64,000 nt of DNA from Octopus vulgaris (GCA_951406725.2 OX597827.1:55738001-55802000); one strand, 5' to 3'. Shown: positions 35,872 to 50,113, counted from the first letter of the stretch. Notes: a model not told the origin generated them from the letters alone. Made by a program: numbers and translations.

Positions 35872-38118
35872 ATCTAACCAACAACAGAATTTGGACCTGG
35901 AGATCTCCATTTCCAGTGACTTCAAAGGCCACCTCCTAGTGGTGTCGGGCATCAACAAAGAGCCCTCGACTACAACAAGATGACCAAAGTTTTTTTTTTC
36001 CCAAGGTCTGGGATCTCCCGCCCCTAAGCCCTAGACCATCACCTAATCACCCTTACCCGTCTTGTTGCTCAACAAAAACAACAGCAGCAGAAGAAGAGAC
36101 ATGGCACTGAAATGGTAATGGTGTTGATGTTGGTGAAGGCAAAGATGACTTCAGCCATTTATCCACATCTAGATTAGGTTATATAGTCTCTGCATTGAGG
36201 ACTAAACAAACCAATCTCATTCGAAATCACCAACATGCAGATAAAATGTATTTCAAGAAAACAAACACACCAAGTTACACTTTCACATTTTGGAGGAGTA
36301 TGATGGTTTTATTTGTTGTTGTCTCTGTGGCTTTTCATGTTTGATCAAAACATAATTCACAAAGGAAGACTTGAAGTTAGATACTTAGACATGATTAAAA
36401 ACTGAGGTCACAGGAAAAACGACTAAAGTCAGAGACACTTGTAATATTTTTCCATCCATTATGTTCTGAGTACAATTCTTGTCTGGATTAGCTTTCCTGT
36501 TCATCTTTCTATGTACCAACGATATATTGAACTTTAGAAAAATAAAAAATTGTTCTATGGCAAGCCGAATGAAATCAATATACAGAAGGATTAGGTTAGT
36601 AAGATGGTTGAGAAAACAGGGAAACTGGGAGGGTGAGGATATCTGGCAGAAGGGGCTGTGTCCATGATCTTTGAAGCCCTCTTGAGACTGATGGAATTGA
36701 TACAATGATAGATAGTTAAAAGCAAAACCACTGAACTTTACTAATATTGATAATTAATCAGAGGACAGTTTTGTGAACTGAAATCACATCATCAGACCAG
36801 CATTCAAGTTATGATTGGCCTGTCTTTTTTTCCATTGTATCATATTCAGGTCTATTTTATCCAGTATATGAATCAAATTTTAAGATACAGTAGTAAAACA
36901 TTCATAGGTTTAGTTGCTAATTAAAATGAAGCTGAGTGACTGTGTAAAGACTCCTTCAATGTCGGGGTGATGAAGAAGTCATTATACAGACTAATGTTAT
37001 TGTTTAGACCCAAGTCACATCTGACTGAGAGGACCTCATCATCATCATCATTTAACATCTGCTTTCCATGCTAGCATGGGTTGGATGATTTGATTGAGGA
37101 CTGGCGGACCAGATGGCAGAGTTTCTACAGCTAGATGCCCTTCCTATCGCACTCCAAGAGTGTAGTGGCCGCTTTTACGTGTCACTGGCATGAGGGCCAG
37201 TCAGGTGGTGCTGGCAATGGCCATGCTCAAATGGTGTTTTTTATGTGCCACCTGCACAGGAGTCAGTCCAGCGGCACTGGCAACGACCTCGCTTGAATGT
37301 TTTTTCACGTGCCACTAGCACAAGTGCCAGATAGGAGACGCTGGTAACAATCACGCCCGAATGATGCTTTTTACATGCCACCAGCACAGAACCAGGTTGT
37401 TGCTCTGGCAACGATCATGCTCGGATGGTGCTCTTAGCGCTCCACTAGCATGGATGCCAGTCATCAAATTTGGTAAAAGCATTCCAGCAGTGGTTATCTC
37501 ATCTTTTATATGCAATCAAAATATTTTTAGAACTACATAATTAGTCCTTACCTGATGGTTGGGTGTAATTTGAGGGAGATTTGGCTGCTATTTCTACCAG
37601 GACTTATTTTTAAAGTCTAGTACTTATTCTATTGGTCTCTCTTTTGCCAAACTGCCAAGGTACAGAAATGTAAACACATCAGTACTGGTTGTCAAGCAGT
37701 GTTGGGGGACAAGCAGAGAGAGAGACACACACAACAGGCTTCTTTCAATTTCCATCTACAAAATCTACTTGCAAGGTTTTGGCCAGCCTAAGACTATAGA
37801 AGACACTCGCTCAAGGTGCCACACAAGGGGACTGACTAAAGGTGTGCTACTCAGTTCACATCAATCTGTTCACTCATGCTGATAATGCGTGGGTGATGAT
37901 GTGCAACAGAAGTTTTCCTCACACCTTTTTATTTTATGTCCTGGGTGGAGACATGATCGAATTACTTCATCTCGAATCTTTATCGATCTATCTTTCTAGT
38001 GTTTATGTTTACATTGCCATAGTACCTTCACTAATACAGTATTTAGTTCTCTCCCTTCCTCCCATCAGCATGCTTCATCTATTCCTGTTAAAATATCCAC
38101 ACCAGCATAAGCCATTTA

Positions 38119-38529
38119 GGATCTTTTCGGTTTGAACAGCAGTTTTTAACATAATTTCTAGGTAACTAAAAAATTTAAACTTCGTATACTGGTAGAATGT
38201 GTTTATAAAATGTCTTTTTCTCTTGGCTTTATTGAGAAAATTCAGTAGTTTGTAAGATATTTGCTGTTTTTTTTCTTCAATTTCTGCAATTTCAACCAAT
38301 CGATGACGTCCATTGAGTTAAAAAACATTCTGTGCCGTATGAATATGTCCCTCGTTTAAGAAACAGATTGAGTTTATTTACACTTGTGAAGAAAAAAAGA
38401 TACCCTTCCCCCCACCCCTAACCCTAAAACAGATTGAAATGCAATAGATCGATACTAGGGTCATAATTATGGGTGACAATTTCATATGACACCGCTAGAA
38501 AAAAACTGCCGTTCAAACCGAAAAGATCC
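38119..38529. mobile_element. MITE with 29-bp TIRs and 8-bp TSD (GG termini; Merlin-like by inference)
   Basis: GGATCTTTTCGGTTTGAACAGCAGTTTTT ... AAAAACTGCCGTTCAAACCGAAAAGATCC. Flanks GCCATTTA / GCCATCTA. Confidence 0.85.
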
Positions 38530-39167
38530 GCCATCTATATCTTTCCTCTTTCACCTATTCCGATACCCTGCAAAATATACACCCAGCAACTTTCTCAACA
38601 ACACACTTGCACTGAGGTTTATTAAAAGATTCTAAGTTCATACAGTTTTTTTTTTTTTTTCCTTCAATTAAATTCATGAGAAAAGCAGCAGAGCAGTGGA
38701 AGCAGCAATAACAACAGAAACAATGACAGCAACATCTTCCACTACCTTCTCTAGAAATATCCAAGGGAGAGAAAAAGACAGAGAGGGCTGTATGTTGCTT
38801 TTTTAATTTTATATTTTCGTTTTTTTTTTATAGTTTTTTTTTTTTTTTTGCAAGAACACTGGTATTTAGATGAGAAACACAGAGGAAATGTCAGAAATTA
38901 AGGCAACATGTCATTACTAGTCATTTACTTCCTTATTGCTCTTAACAAACAAAATAAATAAATAACTACAATATGACTGCAACCAGTTGATCTTCTTTAA
39001 GTACATCAACATTTTGGACTAACACCAGAACTAATTAGCGAGGGAAATTTTGTGTTGGAAAGTATACAGTTCAGAGTTTTAATAGCAATTAACTACTGGA
39101 ATCACTAAATTTTGACAATGAAGCTACAAGCAATTTGGCCAACTAGTTTATTAGTAAATACTGCTAT

Positions 39168-39320
39168 TTAACCAGGCCCGGTTAGATTTACCGCATAACT
39201 GGGTTAGGTTTACCATATGACCAGGCTAAGTTTACTGCTTAACCATGCAAGGAATACAGTGTAACCAGATTAAGTTAACCACTCAACCAGTCTAAAAAAA
39301 AAAACCATGTAACCAACTTA
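39168..39320. repeat. Degenerate ~21-bp tandem repeat (~6-7 units)
   Basis: Recurrent TAACCAGGTTAGGTTTACCRCA-like unit. Confidence 0.55.
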
Positions 39321-39346
39321 GTCTTTCCAGACTATCTTTTACCGTT

Positions 39347-39719
39347 TATCTTTTACTTGTTTCAGTCATTTGACTGTGGCCATGCTGGGGCACCACCTTG
39401 GAGAATTTTTAAGTTGAATGAATTGACCCCAGGACTTAATTTTTAAGCCTGGTACTTATTCTACTGGTCTCTTTTGCGAAACCGATAAGTATACGGGGAT
39501 GTAAACACACCAATACCGGTTGTCAGGCAGTGGTAGGGGAAAACACACACACATACAACAGGCTTCTTTTAGTTTTCATCTATGAAATCTACTCACAAGG
39601 CTTTGGTCAGCCTGAGGCTATAATAGAAGACACTTGCCCAAGGTGCCACACAGTAGGACTGAACCTGGAACCATGCAGTTGAGAAGCAAGCTTCTTACCA
39701 CACAGCCATGCTTGCACCT
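39347..39719 (-). mobile_element. SINE family A, ~1.1 kb downstream of exon 40848-41013 in transcript direction
   Basis: Full family A body in minus orientation. Confidence 0.88.
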
Positions 39720-40847
39720 ACTATGTTTACCATTTAAGCCAATTAAAATTGTTATTTAAACATTAACCCTTTCTTTAACTGTGAAATTAAACTTCACAGT
39801 TATTCCACTAATGATGTTAAATATCTACCAAAATACAGAATTGGTATTTTCTGCAAGTCCTGTTGCTTCAATAGACTTAACATACCTCAACAAAAAATAA
39901 TTTCAAACATGACATTCCGCAATAAAAGATAGTTTGGTATATAAAACTGCCTTCTGCAACAAAGGGTAAAGTAATTTTGAGTGGATATATCTGATTTCTG
40001 CAGTAAAAGGGTTAAAATTTACTATTTAATAGAAGAAATAATCTTTTCTATTCTAGGCACAAGGCCTGACATTTTTGGAGAGGGAGTTAGTCAATTAAAT
40101 CAGTCCCAGTACGCAAGTGGTACTTAATTTATCAACCCCAAAAGGTGAAAGGCAAAGTTGATCTCGGCGGAATTTGAACTCAGAATGTAAAGACAGACGA
40201 AATACCGCTAAGCATTTCGCCCGGCGTGTTAACGATTCTGCCAGCTCACCACCTTTAACGAATATTTCATAGTGATCGGCCAGGAAGAAATAATGATATT
40301 GGGCGGTGCCCCAGCATGGCCACAGCTCATGAGCTGAAACTAGAATCAATCAATCAATCATACAACATATATCAGATACTATAACGATGATAACTGAGTT
40401 CTTTTCCAAAACTATCAGGCTATCTGTCTTAGTCAGCCTAGCCAAAGAATAGGTAATACTATTTCTTCTCAACTGAATAGTTTAAGTGCAAAGAATATTT
40501 ACATGGGAGAGGGGGGGGCACTTTGTACAACAATTTGAGTGAATGTTTGAATTTGTAAAACCATAAAACTGAAGCAATGTAAGGAGAAATGATAAAAAAA
40601 AAATGTCTGATATAAAGCTGAGTTCCATGTTTTCAGTTATATTATTAATCAGTTATAAGAAAGAGAGAGAGAGAGAGGGAGGGAGAGATCCAATGGAAGA
40701 ACAGGAGAGATAGAGAGAGAGTAACAGACCATCCATGTTGCCTTTATCTGTAACAAACACTGCTGCATTATTATCTTGCAGTGTATAGAGAATGTTATCT
40801 TAAGGTAGACAACACGATAAGTCTTCCTATGGAATATCTTGTCTTAC

Positions 40848-41013
40848 CTTGAGCTTTGCAGCATCATTGCTAACTTGTAATAGTTCCCGTACAGAATCAA
40901 TGAAACCTTGGTAGTGGTGGTTACACATTCGTTCAATTTCTTTGTCATGATTCTTGATGCGACTGTCAAGTCTTTCCATAAACTTATCCAAATCATCGCC
41001 ATCATACACAGCT
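40848..41013 (-). CDS. EXOC6: Exocyst complex component 6 (Sec15), coding exon equivalent to vertebrate exon 2
   Basis: 166 bp, ATTACAG|A...AAG|GTAAGA. Encodes (R)AVYDGDDLDKFMERLDSRIKNHDKEIERMCNHHYQGFIDSVRELLQVSNDAAKLK, matching the conserved Sec15 N-terminal motif HD.EIE.MCN.HYQGF.DS. Starts in phase 2, ends in phase 0. Confidence 0.96.
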
Positions 41014-42496
41014 CTGTAATGATTAAAAAATAAATGTGTCAATATACAATTTTAATAAAGATTTTGTTTTAACGAGGTACAAGGCCAATTTTTTCAAGTA
41101 GCATGGTGTAATAAATTGCATCAAATTCAGTATATTACTGATACTTAATTTATAAAGCCTAGAGGGATGTGGAGGCATGTAGTTAGGGTGTTGGATTCAT
41201 GATATAAACACCAAGTTCTTACATAAAACTGATTAAAAACTTTAATACAAATTTTTTATAAACTGTAAAATGTTTTTTTTTTTCAATAGGTCTAGTAGGG
41301 TAGTGACAAAAAGCTTAAAGAATTTCCAAACTTAGAAGTAGTTAAAATCATCATCGTTTAACATCCGCTTTCCATGCTAGCATGGGTTGGATGGTTTTGA
41401 CTGAGGGCTGGCGAACCAGATGGCTGCACCAGGCTCCAATCTTGACCTGGCAGAGTTTCTACAGCTGGATGCCCTTCCTAATGCCAACCACTCCGAGAGT
41501 GTAGTAGGTGCTTTTATGGGCCACCGGCATGGGGGCCAGTCAGGCAGTTCTGACAACGACCTCGCTCGAATCTTTTTACACATGCCACCGGCAGAGGTAC
41601 CAGTAAGGCGATGCTGGTAACGATCAAGCTCGAATGGTGCCTTTTGCATGCCACCGGCATGGAAGCCAGTTAGCCGCTCTGGCAACAATCACACTCGGAT
41701 GGTGCTCTACTAGCATGGAGCTCAAAATAAATAAATATGAATTGATGTTAAAGACAATGTCAAAAATGAATTTCAAAAATTGTCAAAAATGAAAGAGTAA
41801 AAATATAAACAGTAACTTGTTAGTCCTATGCTGTTTCATTACCACTTAAAAAGCATGACATCGAAACAACAGTAGAGTTTAAACTTTAGCTATAAATCAT
41901 GACCAATAGTTCTAACTCTTTAGTATTCACATAACTCAATGGAATGTAACATTTATTCACAAGGTTTTAAATTACTTGTGCATTATCTTGTAGCTTCAAA
42001 ATGATGATGTGATTGTTTATTTTTAGAATGACATTGGAGGGTAGATGTGAAAGGTCACATCTGGCCAATCTGAACGTAAGACAGGTAGAATATTTGAATC
42101 AGATATAGCCAGTTTAAATGCTGAAGGGTTAAAGGTAACAGTAAGGGAAATATTTGTCTTAATCTTAATCAAGATAAGATTATAACATTATGAATGATCA
42201 AATCTGGTTCTCTCCTCTCAAAAATAATAATTTTTTTGTAATTCAAGCACAAAGCCTGAAATTTAGTGGATAGCTTGTTAGTTAATACTATCAACCCAAG
42301 TGCTTGACTGGCACTAATTTTATCAACCCTAAAAAGATGAAAGGCAAAGTTGACCTTGGTAGCATTTGAACTCAGAATGTAAAGCCAGAAGAAATGCTGC
42401 TAAGCAGTTTGTTTGGTGCACTAACAATTCTGCCATCTCACTAACTTAATGACAAAAACAACAACAACAGCAGCAATAACAACAATAATAATAATA

Positions 42497-42991
42497 CTAA
42501 AAATTGTCGAGGATAAATTAAATTTATTATTGTTACTGAATATGTTAATGTTATTTAATTTCTGAACGGTTCTGCTGCTGTTTGTTTATGTATTTTGATT
42601 TCTTTAACTATCAGTTTCTACTAAGATAGAGACACGAGTAAAATTAATAGAGAAACGAAAATAAAACTTTGGAAACAGCAACGCCACCATAACTTACATG
42701 ATTACTATGAGCATATCTTTCAAGGAAGATAATCAGAGAAAGACTTGAAAGTCAACGTAAAATTGTAATACTTCATGTAAAGTAAATATAACAAATAATC
42801 CAGAACCCTTGTCTGGTAACGGATCGATCCCAAAATCTAATCAGTTTGTGCCAGTCATAAGGCCAAACATCCCTGAAAGTTTCATCTGAATCCATCCAGT
42901 GGTTCTTGAGATATCTTGTCCATGGACAAACAAACAAATGAAACAAACACGACTGAAAACAATATCTCCGTCTTCGCTAAGGCAGAAGTAA
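42497..42991 (-). mobile_element. Possible Helentron-associated/DINE-like non-autonomous element
   Basis: Minus strand starts TTACTTCTGCCTTAGCGAAGACGGAGATATTGTTTTC (terminal hairpin), then a GTTT microsatellite and an AAACTTTCAGG-type core. The far boundary is uncertain. Confidence 0.45.
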
Positions 42992-43446
42992 TAATCCTTT
43001 CTACTATAGGTATAAGACCAGCAATTTTGAGGGGGGGGGATAAGTCGCTTACATCAACCCCGGTGGTCATCTGGTACTTATTTTATCAGCCCCCAAAAGT
43101 TGCTTTTACATGGCACTAACACACATACTATTACACTGCACTGGCATGGGTGATGTTACATGGTATTAGTATGGGTGCTTTTGCATGGCACTGGTACAGG
43201 TGCTCTCATGTGGCATCAGCATGCAAAAGCCTGCAAGACTAGGACCTCTCAGCTGAGAGAGGGATATAGAGAAAATGCCTGTATGCATGGAGAGCCATGA
43301 TTTCACTTAGCTTGGTGTGTCTTCTCAAGCACAGCAAACTCGGTCCCTTGTCATCTCAGCTGTGAGGCTCAACAAGGAAAGGCAGTAAAAAGAAATAGTG
43401 CATCTTTGAGACAATATTGGGTGTATATTGAAGAATGAATCCTTAT

Positions 43447-43810
43447 TGGTTGTGTGGTTAAGAAGCTTAATCTGTAGTCACCTGGTTTCAAATTTAGTTC
43501 CACTGTGTGGCATCTTAGGTAAGTGTTTTCTGCTATACATCTGAGCAGACCATTGCCTTATGGGTGAATCTGGTAGATGGAAACTGTATGGAAGCCTGTC
43601 ACATTATATGTTTGTGTCTCTTTGTGTTTCCCCCACCCCTACCACTTGACAACCAGTGTTGGTTTGCTTACATCCCCATAACTTAGTAGCCCAACAATAG
43701 AAACCAATAGAATAAGTACCAGACTTTAAAATAGGTGCTGGTGTTGATTTGATTGACTAAACCCTTCAAGGCAGTGCTCCAGAATGGTACACTGTTCAAT
43801 GACTGAAAAG
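43447..43810 (+). mobile_element. SINE family A (diverged)
   Basis: TGGTTGTGTGGTTAAGAAGCTT...GACTGAAAAGAT. Confidence 0.8.
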
Positions 43811-46800
43811 ATAATCCACTGGGCTAGAAAAGACATGTATTTAGCTGTGGTAATGTTGAAAACATGCAAGCAATATTCCAATATGACTTGTACAAAAGTC
43901 ATACAGAGGTGCAGCTGAAGTATTTTCTAGTCCTCAAGAAATTTTAGCTCCAAAATGTTGTTTTAATAAAGTTCTTATGTAGTTTAGAATTTCACTTTAC
44001 AACTCACACTGAAGTAAAGTTATTAGTTACACACAGTATAATTATTTTATGGATATGGCAGATGTATGTCATGTGTATGTATGGGTTTTATATGAGAAAT
44101 TATTACAATTTAACAAACAAATTATGGACAACATTAAAAGCATGGTGACTGAAGTGTGTTAAGTATCTGAAACCCTTAACAGGCCATGAGATCAGACAGC
44201 AATAAAAGAATCGCTTGTTCTACATCTCTAGATGAAAATATGTTTGTATCACAGTTAAATCAAGTGTTCATAGGAGTGGTGAGTAACCAGCTGATAGAAA
44301 AAAACTCCAGTTACAGTACATGAAAATGTGGTTTAGAGAACACATTTGTATGAAAAAATAAAAAAAGAGGTAAAAGAATATTTTAAAAAATTAAACAGTT
44401 TCTACTACATAACAGTTTAATATAGTTTTGGTATCAAAATCATTAAGAAGGGAAAGTTTGGGTCAGCTTCTAAGAGTGTATCACAATTATATTTTTTATT
44501 TAAGTTTCACTTGTGGACAGCATACTAGTCACTATTCTAAGTTAAACAACAGTACATTTGTGTTTTTTTCTGTGTGCATGTGCACACACGCAATTTTGGA
44601 TAGTGTTTTTTTAGATAAAAATAACATCACAGAAATATGAATTTGAAACTTGTAGACATATTAATTCATATTAATTATAATTACCTCCCTCCCTAATTTA
44701 ATGTATATGTGTGACCTACAACACTATCTGCACTTCCAGTTTAATATACCACTACTTCCATTTCCAGTGCTTATACATATAATTCTACCACCACTCCCAT
44801 ACATTTGCCACATCCCCATAGCTAGCGCTTCTGCTATTTTGATCTTGCTCTCATCTCTACTGAGACAATAGCTGTAGGTGGTAGTTCAAGTTATAGTGAT
44901 GCTGGGTCTGATCCATGAAAATCTAAAGAAGATTATCTAATAAGCAGATAATTTCAAAATAATTTTGATGACAATAACTTAGATAAGATTATATATAATT
45001 ATAATATTCCAGTTCATGCTGTACTAGGTAATATAATACTTCTTCAAAATAATTAAGGGAGATTACACTTTGTGCATATCAAAACATTAGGAGAAATTCT
45101 GCATTAGAAATCTGCAAAATATAGTATCTACTGAACACATTTTCCAGATCTCTGTCACAAAGACAATAACATATCCAGTAATGACTGCTAGGTATTTCGA
45201 AAAAGCTACTCAAATAATAACGACTGAACAAATCCAATTGCATTGTATTTAAAGTCAGAACAATCACTCTGAAGTAGTGCAGCTGCACTGTCACTTGAAA
45301 TTGCCTACATTCAAAATTGATGGAATACCTGTATCATATTGCAACAAATGCTTGATGAAAAACAAAATTTTATCTAACATGCTACATTAATTTTGCTACA
45401 AACAAACACCCAGTTAGCTACTCTTATGAACTTGTGTGGTACAGGTCTGATCCCCCAAAATTGACTAGTGATATGCAGCAGACAATGTAAGCTAGAAATG
45501 TGTGTGTGTGTGTGTGTGTACATATGCACCTTAAGATGGTTAGAGTGTAAAGCTTCATATCTCAAGGGATTGAGCCGATGCATTTTAAGTCAAAAGTCAA
45601 AGGGGAAGACATGCATTTTCTCTTGTCCTGATCTAGAAACAGGAAGACAGATTTTCTTGGGTTGCAATGTCTCTAGAAATCCCTTGAGTATTATAAAGGA
45701 TTAAATTTTTGAAGGAAATGAAGTAAAAAAAATAATTAAGATTTATCTGGTATATCCTACATGCATTCACTATTTCTAACAAGTACATTAGCATCAGCAA
45801 ATGCATATTCTAGTGAAATGTAGGTGCCCATTTATAACACTTATAAAAACAAATAAGAGTATACAATAATGATAATGTGTGTGTGTGTGTATTGCTATGG
45901 GGTGGTGGAATTGGTGTGTCAAACAAAAATATATTATAGTATTTAGTTCCATCCCTTCACACACAAGCCAGCCTTGCCTTTCACCATATGAGGTAGTGCA
46001 CCAGCATGGCAAATGTGCAATGGTTGAAACCAGTAAAGGAACATGATAAAAATCAATGCAAAGTCAAGAATGCAAGTATATTATTCCACGGCAGATAAAA
46101 AAACCAAAAAAAAACCTCCAACATTCTCTCCACAACAGTTGTGGATGGACTTCTAAGTCAAATAAGATTACGCAAATGGATAGTGTCATTACTTTCATCA
46201 GATTAATCAGTAACCGTACAGTGTCTTGACAAGTTTAAGTACCTTACAAATTCGCAATATTTGTAATAAAAGACAACCTAACACCTGAGATAGCTAAATG
46301 AATAGCAAAGTAATACTTAATTTTCTTCTCAATACACACGTCATGAAATAGATTTAGAAGCATCTGTGTTCTCATCTTTGCAAAGGCTGCACAGGTATTG
46401 GTTTATTTATAAAAGACGCCAGCCTCTTTGCTTACAGCTTTAAAACTTTTGCAACTCTTCATTTCTTTCATCATGAAATTCGTATAAACATGCCTGAAGT
46501 TTAAACAAACCAGCTTTTCCTTTGTAGATAGAAGAGTTTTTCTTTTTATAATTCTTCTTTTTAACCCCCACACTATTTTTATTAACAAATATTCTGTTGT
46601 TTATTCAGTGGATTGATGTTTAAGTGTTGTTGAAATAATGAAATGAATTTTAAAGGAGTGGGAGGGGAAGAGAGTGAGATAGCTTAAATGTTCATCATGT
46701 AAATAATTGAAAATACTTGTATTTCCATATAGTGAAAATATAGTCTGAAGAATGCACCATCAAGAAATCCAGTATAGCTAGTGGTTTAGCTTAGCTAAAT

Positions 46801-47759
46801 ATTTGTGGTTGTGTAGGCATATATATATTCATATGTACATGTATGTGTGTACACACACACACAAATTTTGCTTAACTTAAAAAAATTTTGAGCTAATTTT
46901 CTAGCAATACTTCAGTTGGCACACTCACATTTGCTCCATAGGCTTTATTTACATTGAAAAACTATTTTAGAGCAGGTCTTAGATATTTCTATATAGAATT
47001 TACACATTTGCTTTAATGTCTTATGTAATTTTATATAATACATCTATCATCATACCAACATTATCGGATGATTGATTTTTCATATCTATATATATTTATA
47101 CAATCTGATCAGGTAGCATACATGGTCCTTATCACATAAAAGTTAAATGGACTCAAACAGATTCATATCACATAGTCCATTTCTCAGATATACACAGAGA
47201 AAAAAAAATCTTGGACTTTATTGAGTTTTCATCACGCAACAAGATACAGATTGAAAACAAAATGTATGCATATAAAATATTGCACAATCATGGCCATGTG
47301 GCTAAGAAGTTTACCATCCAACCATATCATTTCAAATTCAATCCAACTGCCAGTACTATGGTAGATGTGCATGTGTCTCTCTCTTCTCTCTCTCTCTCTC
47401 TCTGGTCAACTGTCAACTCATAGACGAATATGACCATCAACTGACAAAGCAATGCCTGTGCAAAATTTTAGGTCCAATAAAGCTTGCACAACACCTCATA
47501 GTCCTTCTCCACCCTATTGACATAGTCTACAGACAACCCTAAGCAAGATATCTAGTGTTAGTATGGGTTGCAGCTTAAAAATGTGGGAGCACCATGATTC
47601 CATGATCTCAAGTGAAAGCAAGAGATACCCATAAATGCCATTCCTTGCATATCCAGTTTTATATCAGAGTGACCTTCTCAAAGGAGTACCTCATGTCCAG
47701 TGGTTTCCCAGTATGTTGGATATCCGCTTGGAATTTCTAAGTGCCCATCCATCCATACA

Positions 47760-48015
47760 TAAAGCTGAAGATCAATGAAAAAGAGAATACTTATGCTGAA
47801 CTATAGAGAAATCTGTTGTTACTCTATCCAGATTACAAGTTCATGCTTATACCTGTAATTATTGGGGCCCTTGGATATGTAACACACTGCCTAAATACCA
47901 ATCTTAAGAAATTAGGCTTCTCAAAACCAGAAAGGAGAAAGCTAATTTGAAGACTACAGATCCAATCCATCACTGGAACTGTAAAAATCTGCAAAACTTT
48001 TCAGAAGTTTATCAT
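47760..48015 (+). mobile_element. 3' fragment of an R4/NeSL-like REL-endonuclease retrotransposon
   Basis: KINEKENTYAEL*RNL...IPVIIGALGYVTHCLNTNLKKLGF...RLQIQSITGTVKICKTF matches the K..KY..L / P.V.GALG pattern. Confidence 0.7.
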
Positions 48016-48244
48016 TTAAATATATAGGAACATGTCTAGATATGCAACTATATGCATGAGAATACACACACAAAGCAAAACATACAAATCTGCATGCATG
48101 CATGTAAGCACATACACACACACACACACACAAACATATATATATAGTAAAGCCATATGGCTTAGTGATTAGTGTTAGTCATGATTGCATGATTGTGGTT
48201 TCAGTTCTCAGACCAGATAATGCATTATGATCTTGAGCCAACTA

Positions 48245-49509
48245 TTAGGTTGTCTCATATGAAATGTCGTATTTTAAATGGGTTTCCTATGAGTCATCTA
48301 TAAATGGATTTTTAATGAGTTTCTATGTATATGCTTGTGTTTATTCCTAACTCTTTTTCTTTCTAGACAATACTATTATTCAAAATTGCTACCTACAGCT
48401 CTTATGACAATGTTGACAACTGAACAATACTGAGTGATTTTCCTGTACGAATACAAGTTGGGTCACTCTGCCACCAAAGCTCTATGAAACATCAAACGGG
48501 CTTTTGGTAATGATTCTGTTAACATTAGAACTGTTCAGAGATGGTTCCAAAGCTTTCGTTCAGGAAATGAAAGCCTTAAAAATGAACCAGAAGGAAAACC
48601 AAAATCAGTTATTCAGCATGATGAATTGAATGCTTTGGTTAAACAAAATCCGAGAACAACTGTCCGAAAAATCGGATCAGAGCTCCAGACATCTCCCACA
48701 ACTGCTTCTCAATACTTGAAGGAAATTGGAAAAGTCAAAAAGATGGATAAGTTTGTTCCCCATCAACTTAATGAGATTCAAAGAAACAGACACCTTACAG
48801 TGTGTTCCATATTGATTTCTCAGTTGGAAAGAGAACTATTTTTGCATCGACTCATTACATGTGATGAGAAATGGATACTCTTTGATAAGAGCAGGAGGAC
48901 AGGACAGTGATTAGATGCAGGAGAGTCACCAAAACACTACCCAAAACCACCAATGCACACTAAAAAGTTGATGGTCACTGTATAGTGACCAACAAAATGG
49001 GTTATTCATTATTGATTGTTGAAACAAGGAAAAACTGTAACAGCAACATCCTATTGTCAGGTAATTGATTGTATGCATGAAAAATTAAAAAAGAAGCAAT
49101 CCAGAATAGAGATGGCCCAATTTTGCTTCATGCTAATGTATGGCCTCACACTTCTCAAGCTACAGTCCACAATTGCAAAGCCTGAATTATGAAATTTTGG
49201 CACATCCTCCTTATTCTCCTGATATCTCTTCTACTGATTATCACATATTTAAACACTTCGAGCTTGCTATATATACACAATAAAACATTCTTAAATAAAG
49301 AAGAGGTAATTGAAGCATTCGAACAGTTTATCAGTGCAAAAGATGACAAATTCTTTGACGATGGAATATATGCCTTAGAGGAATGTTGGATGAAGGTTAT
49401 AAATGAACAAGGATCATATTTTGATTAAATAAATAAATATTCTAAAACTTAAAAAAACAATTTTAATGTTTCCTTTTTCAAATTCAACATTTCATGTGAG
49501 ACAACTTAA
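48245..49509 (+). mobile_element. Full-length (1265 bp) mariner transposon nested in a tRNA-SINE
   Basis: TA|TTAGGTTGTCTCATATGAAATGTCG ... CAACATTTCATGTGAGACAACTTAA|TA. The SINE head resumes after 49511 (CTTCATTTCTCGTTGCTC). Confidence 0.93.
48404..49428 (+). pseudogene. Mariner transposase pseudogene (Hsmar1/cecropia-like)
   Basis: MTMLTTEQY*VIFLYEYKLG...RTVQRWF...FVPHQL...LITCDEKWI...LLHANVWPH (second catalytic D mutated to A)...HPPYSPDISSTDYHIF...GSYFD*. Several stops and frameshifts. Confidence 0.9.
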
Positions 49510-50064
49510 TACTTCATTTCTCGTTGCTCTGCAATGGCATTGACATCTGATGTGTGGTACACCAGGCATCTGTACAAGCAATGTTGATTAGATGGAAGGA
49601 GTGAGCTGATGAACAGCACAAACATTTTATCACTATAAACAAATCATCTGTGTAGATTGTTTTTAATAAGAAATAGCGGGACCCTTATTTATTGTTTTTG
49701 ACAAACTCTGAGAGACAGCTTGAGAAGTTTTTCAGCTTCAATAAAATAAAATAATATAGTATATGTAAGATTGCTTATGCAAACAGAACAGAAGAAATAG
49801 GACTCAATACATAAAATAGAATGTTAATATTATTTTATTATACCTGCTAATTTACGTCAGTGACTGAAGGACTAAGATTTTGTGCAAATGCACTTATCAA
49901 ACACTGATAACTATGAGAAATGAATTGCAAGATGAAACTCTTTACCCTTGAGTCTCTGATGGAGCCAGCTATAATAAAATGTGTGGATGTGCTTGATGGA
50001 CACTAGCTTAAAGATATTGTATAGTTCCAGTAATCAGTTACCCATCACATATACATACATACAC

Positions 50065-50113
<49 letters not shown>

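Noticed and set aside
37165-37455. CRISPR-like repeat-spacer pattern (GGTGCTTTTTACGTGCCACCGGCA with ~40-nt spacers; also at 18.8, 28.0, 41.5 and 52.3 kb)
   Set aside because: The spacers resemble each other and recur between dispersed copies, the repeats are degenerate, there are no cas genes, and the context is the 3' UTR of a eukaryotic RTE LINE.
38640-38790. Acceptor-like site on the minus strand (CTTTTTCTCTCCCTTGGATATTTCTAG) and a Cys-rich ORF
   Set aside because: No convincing downstream donor, an immediate in-frame stop, and the Cys richness comes from a low-complexity TGC/TGT tract.
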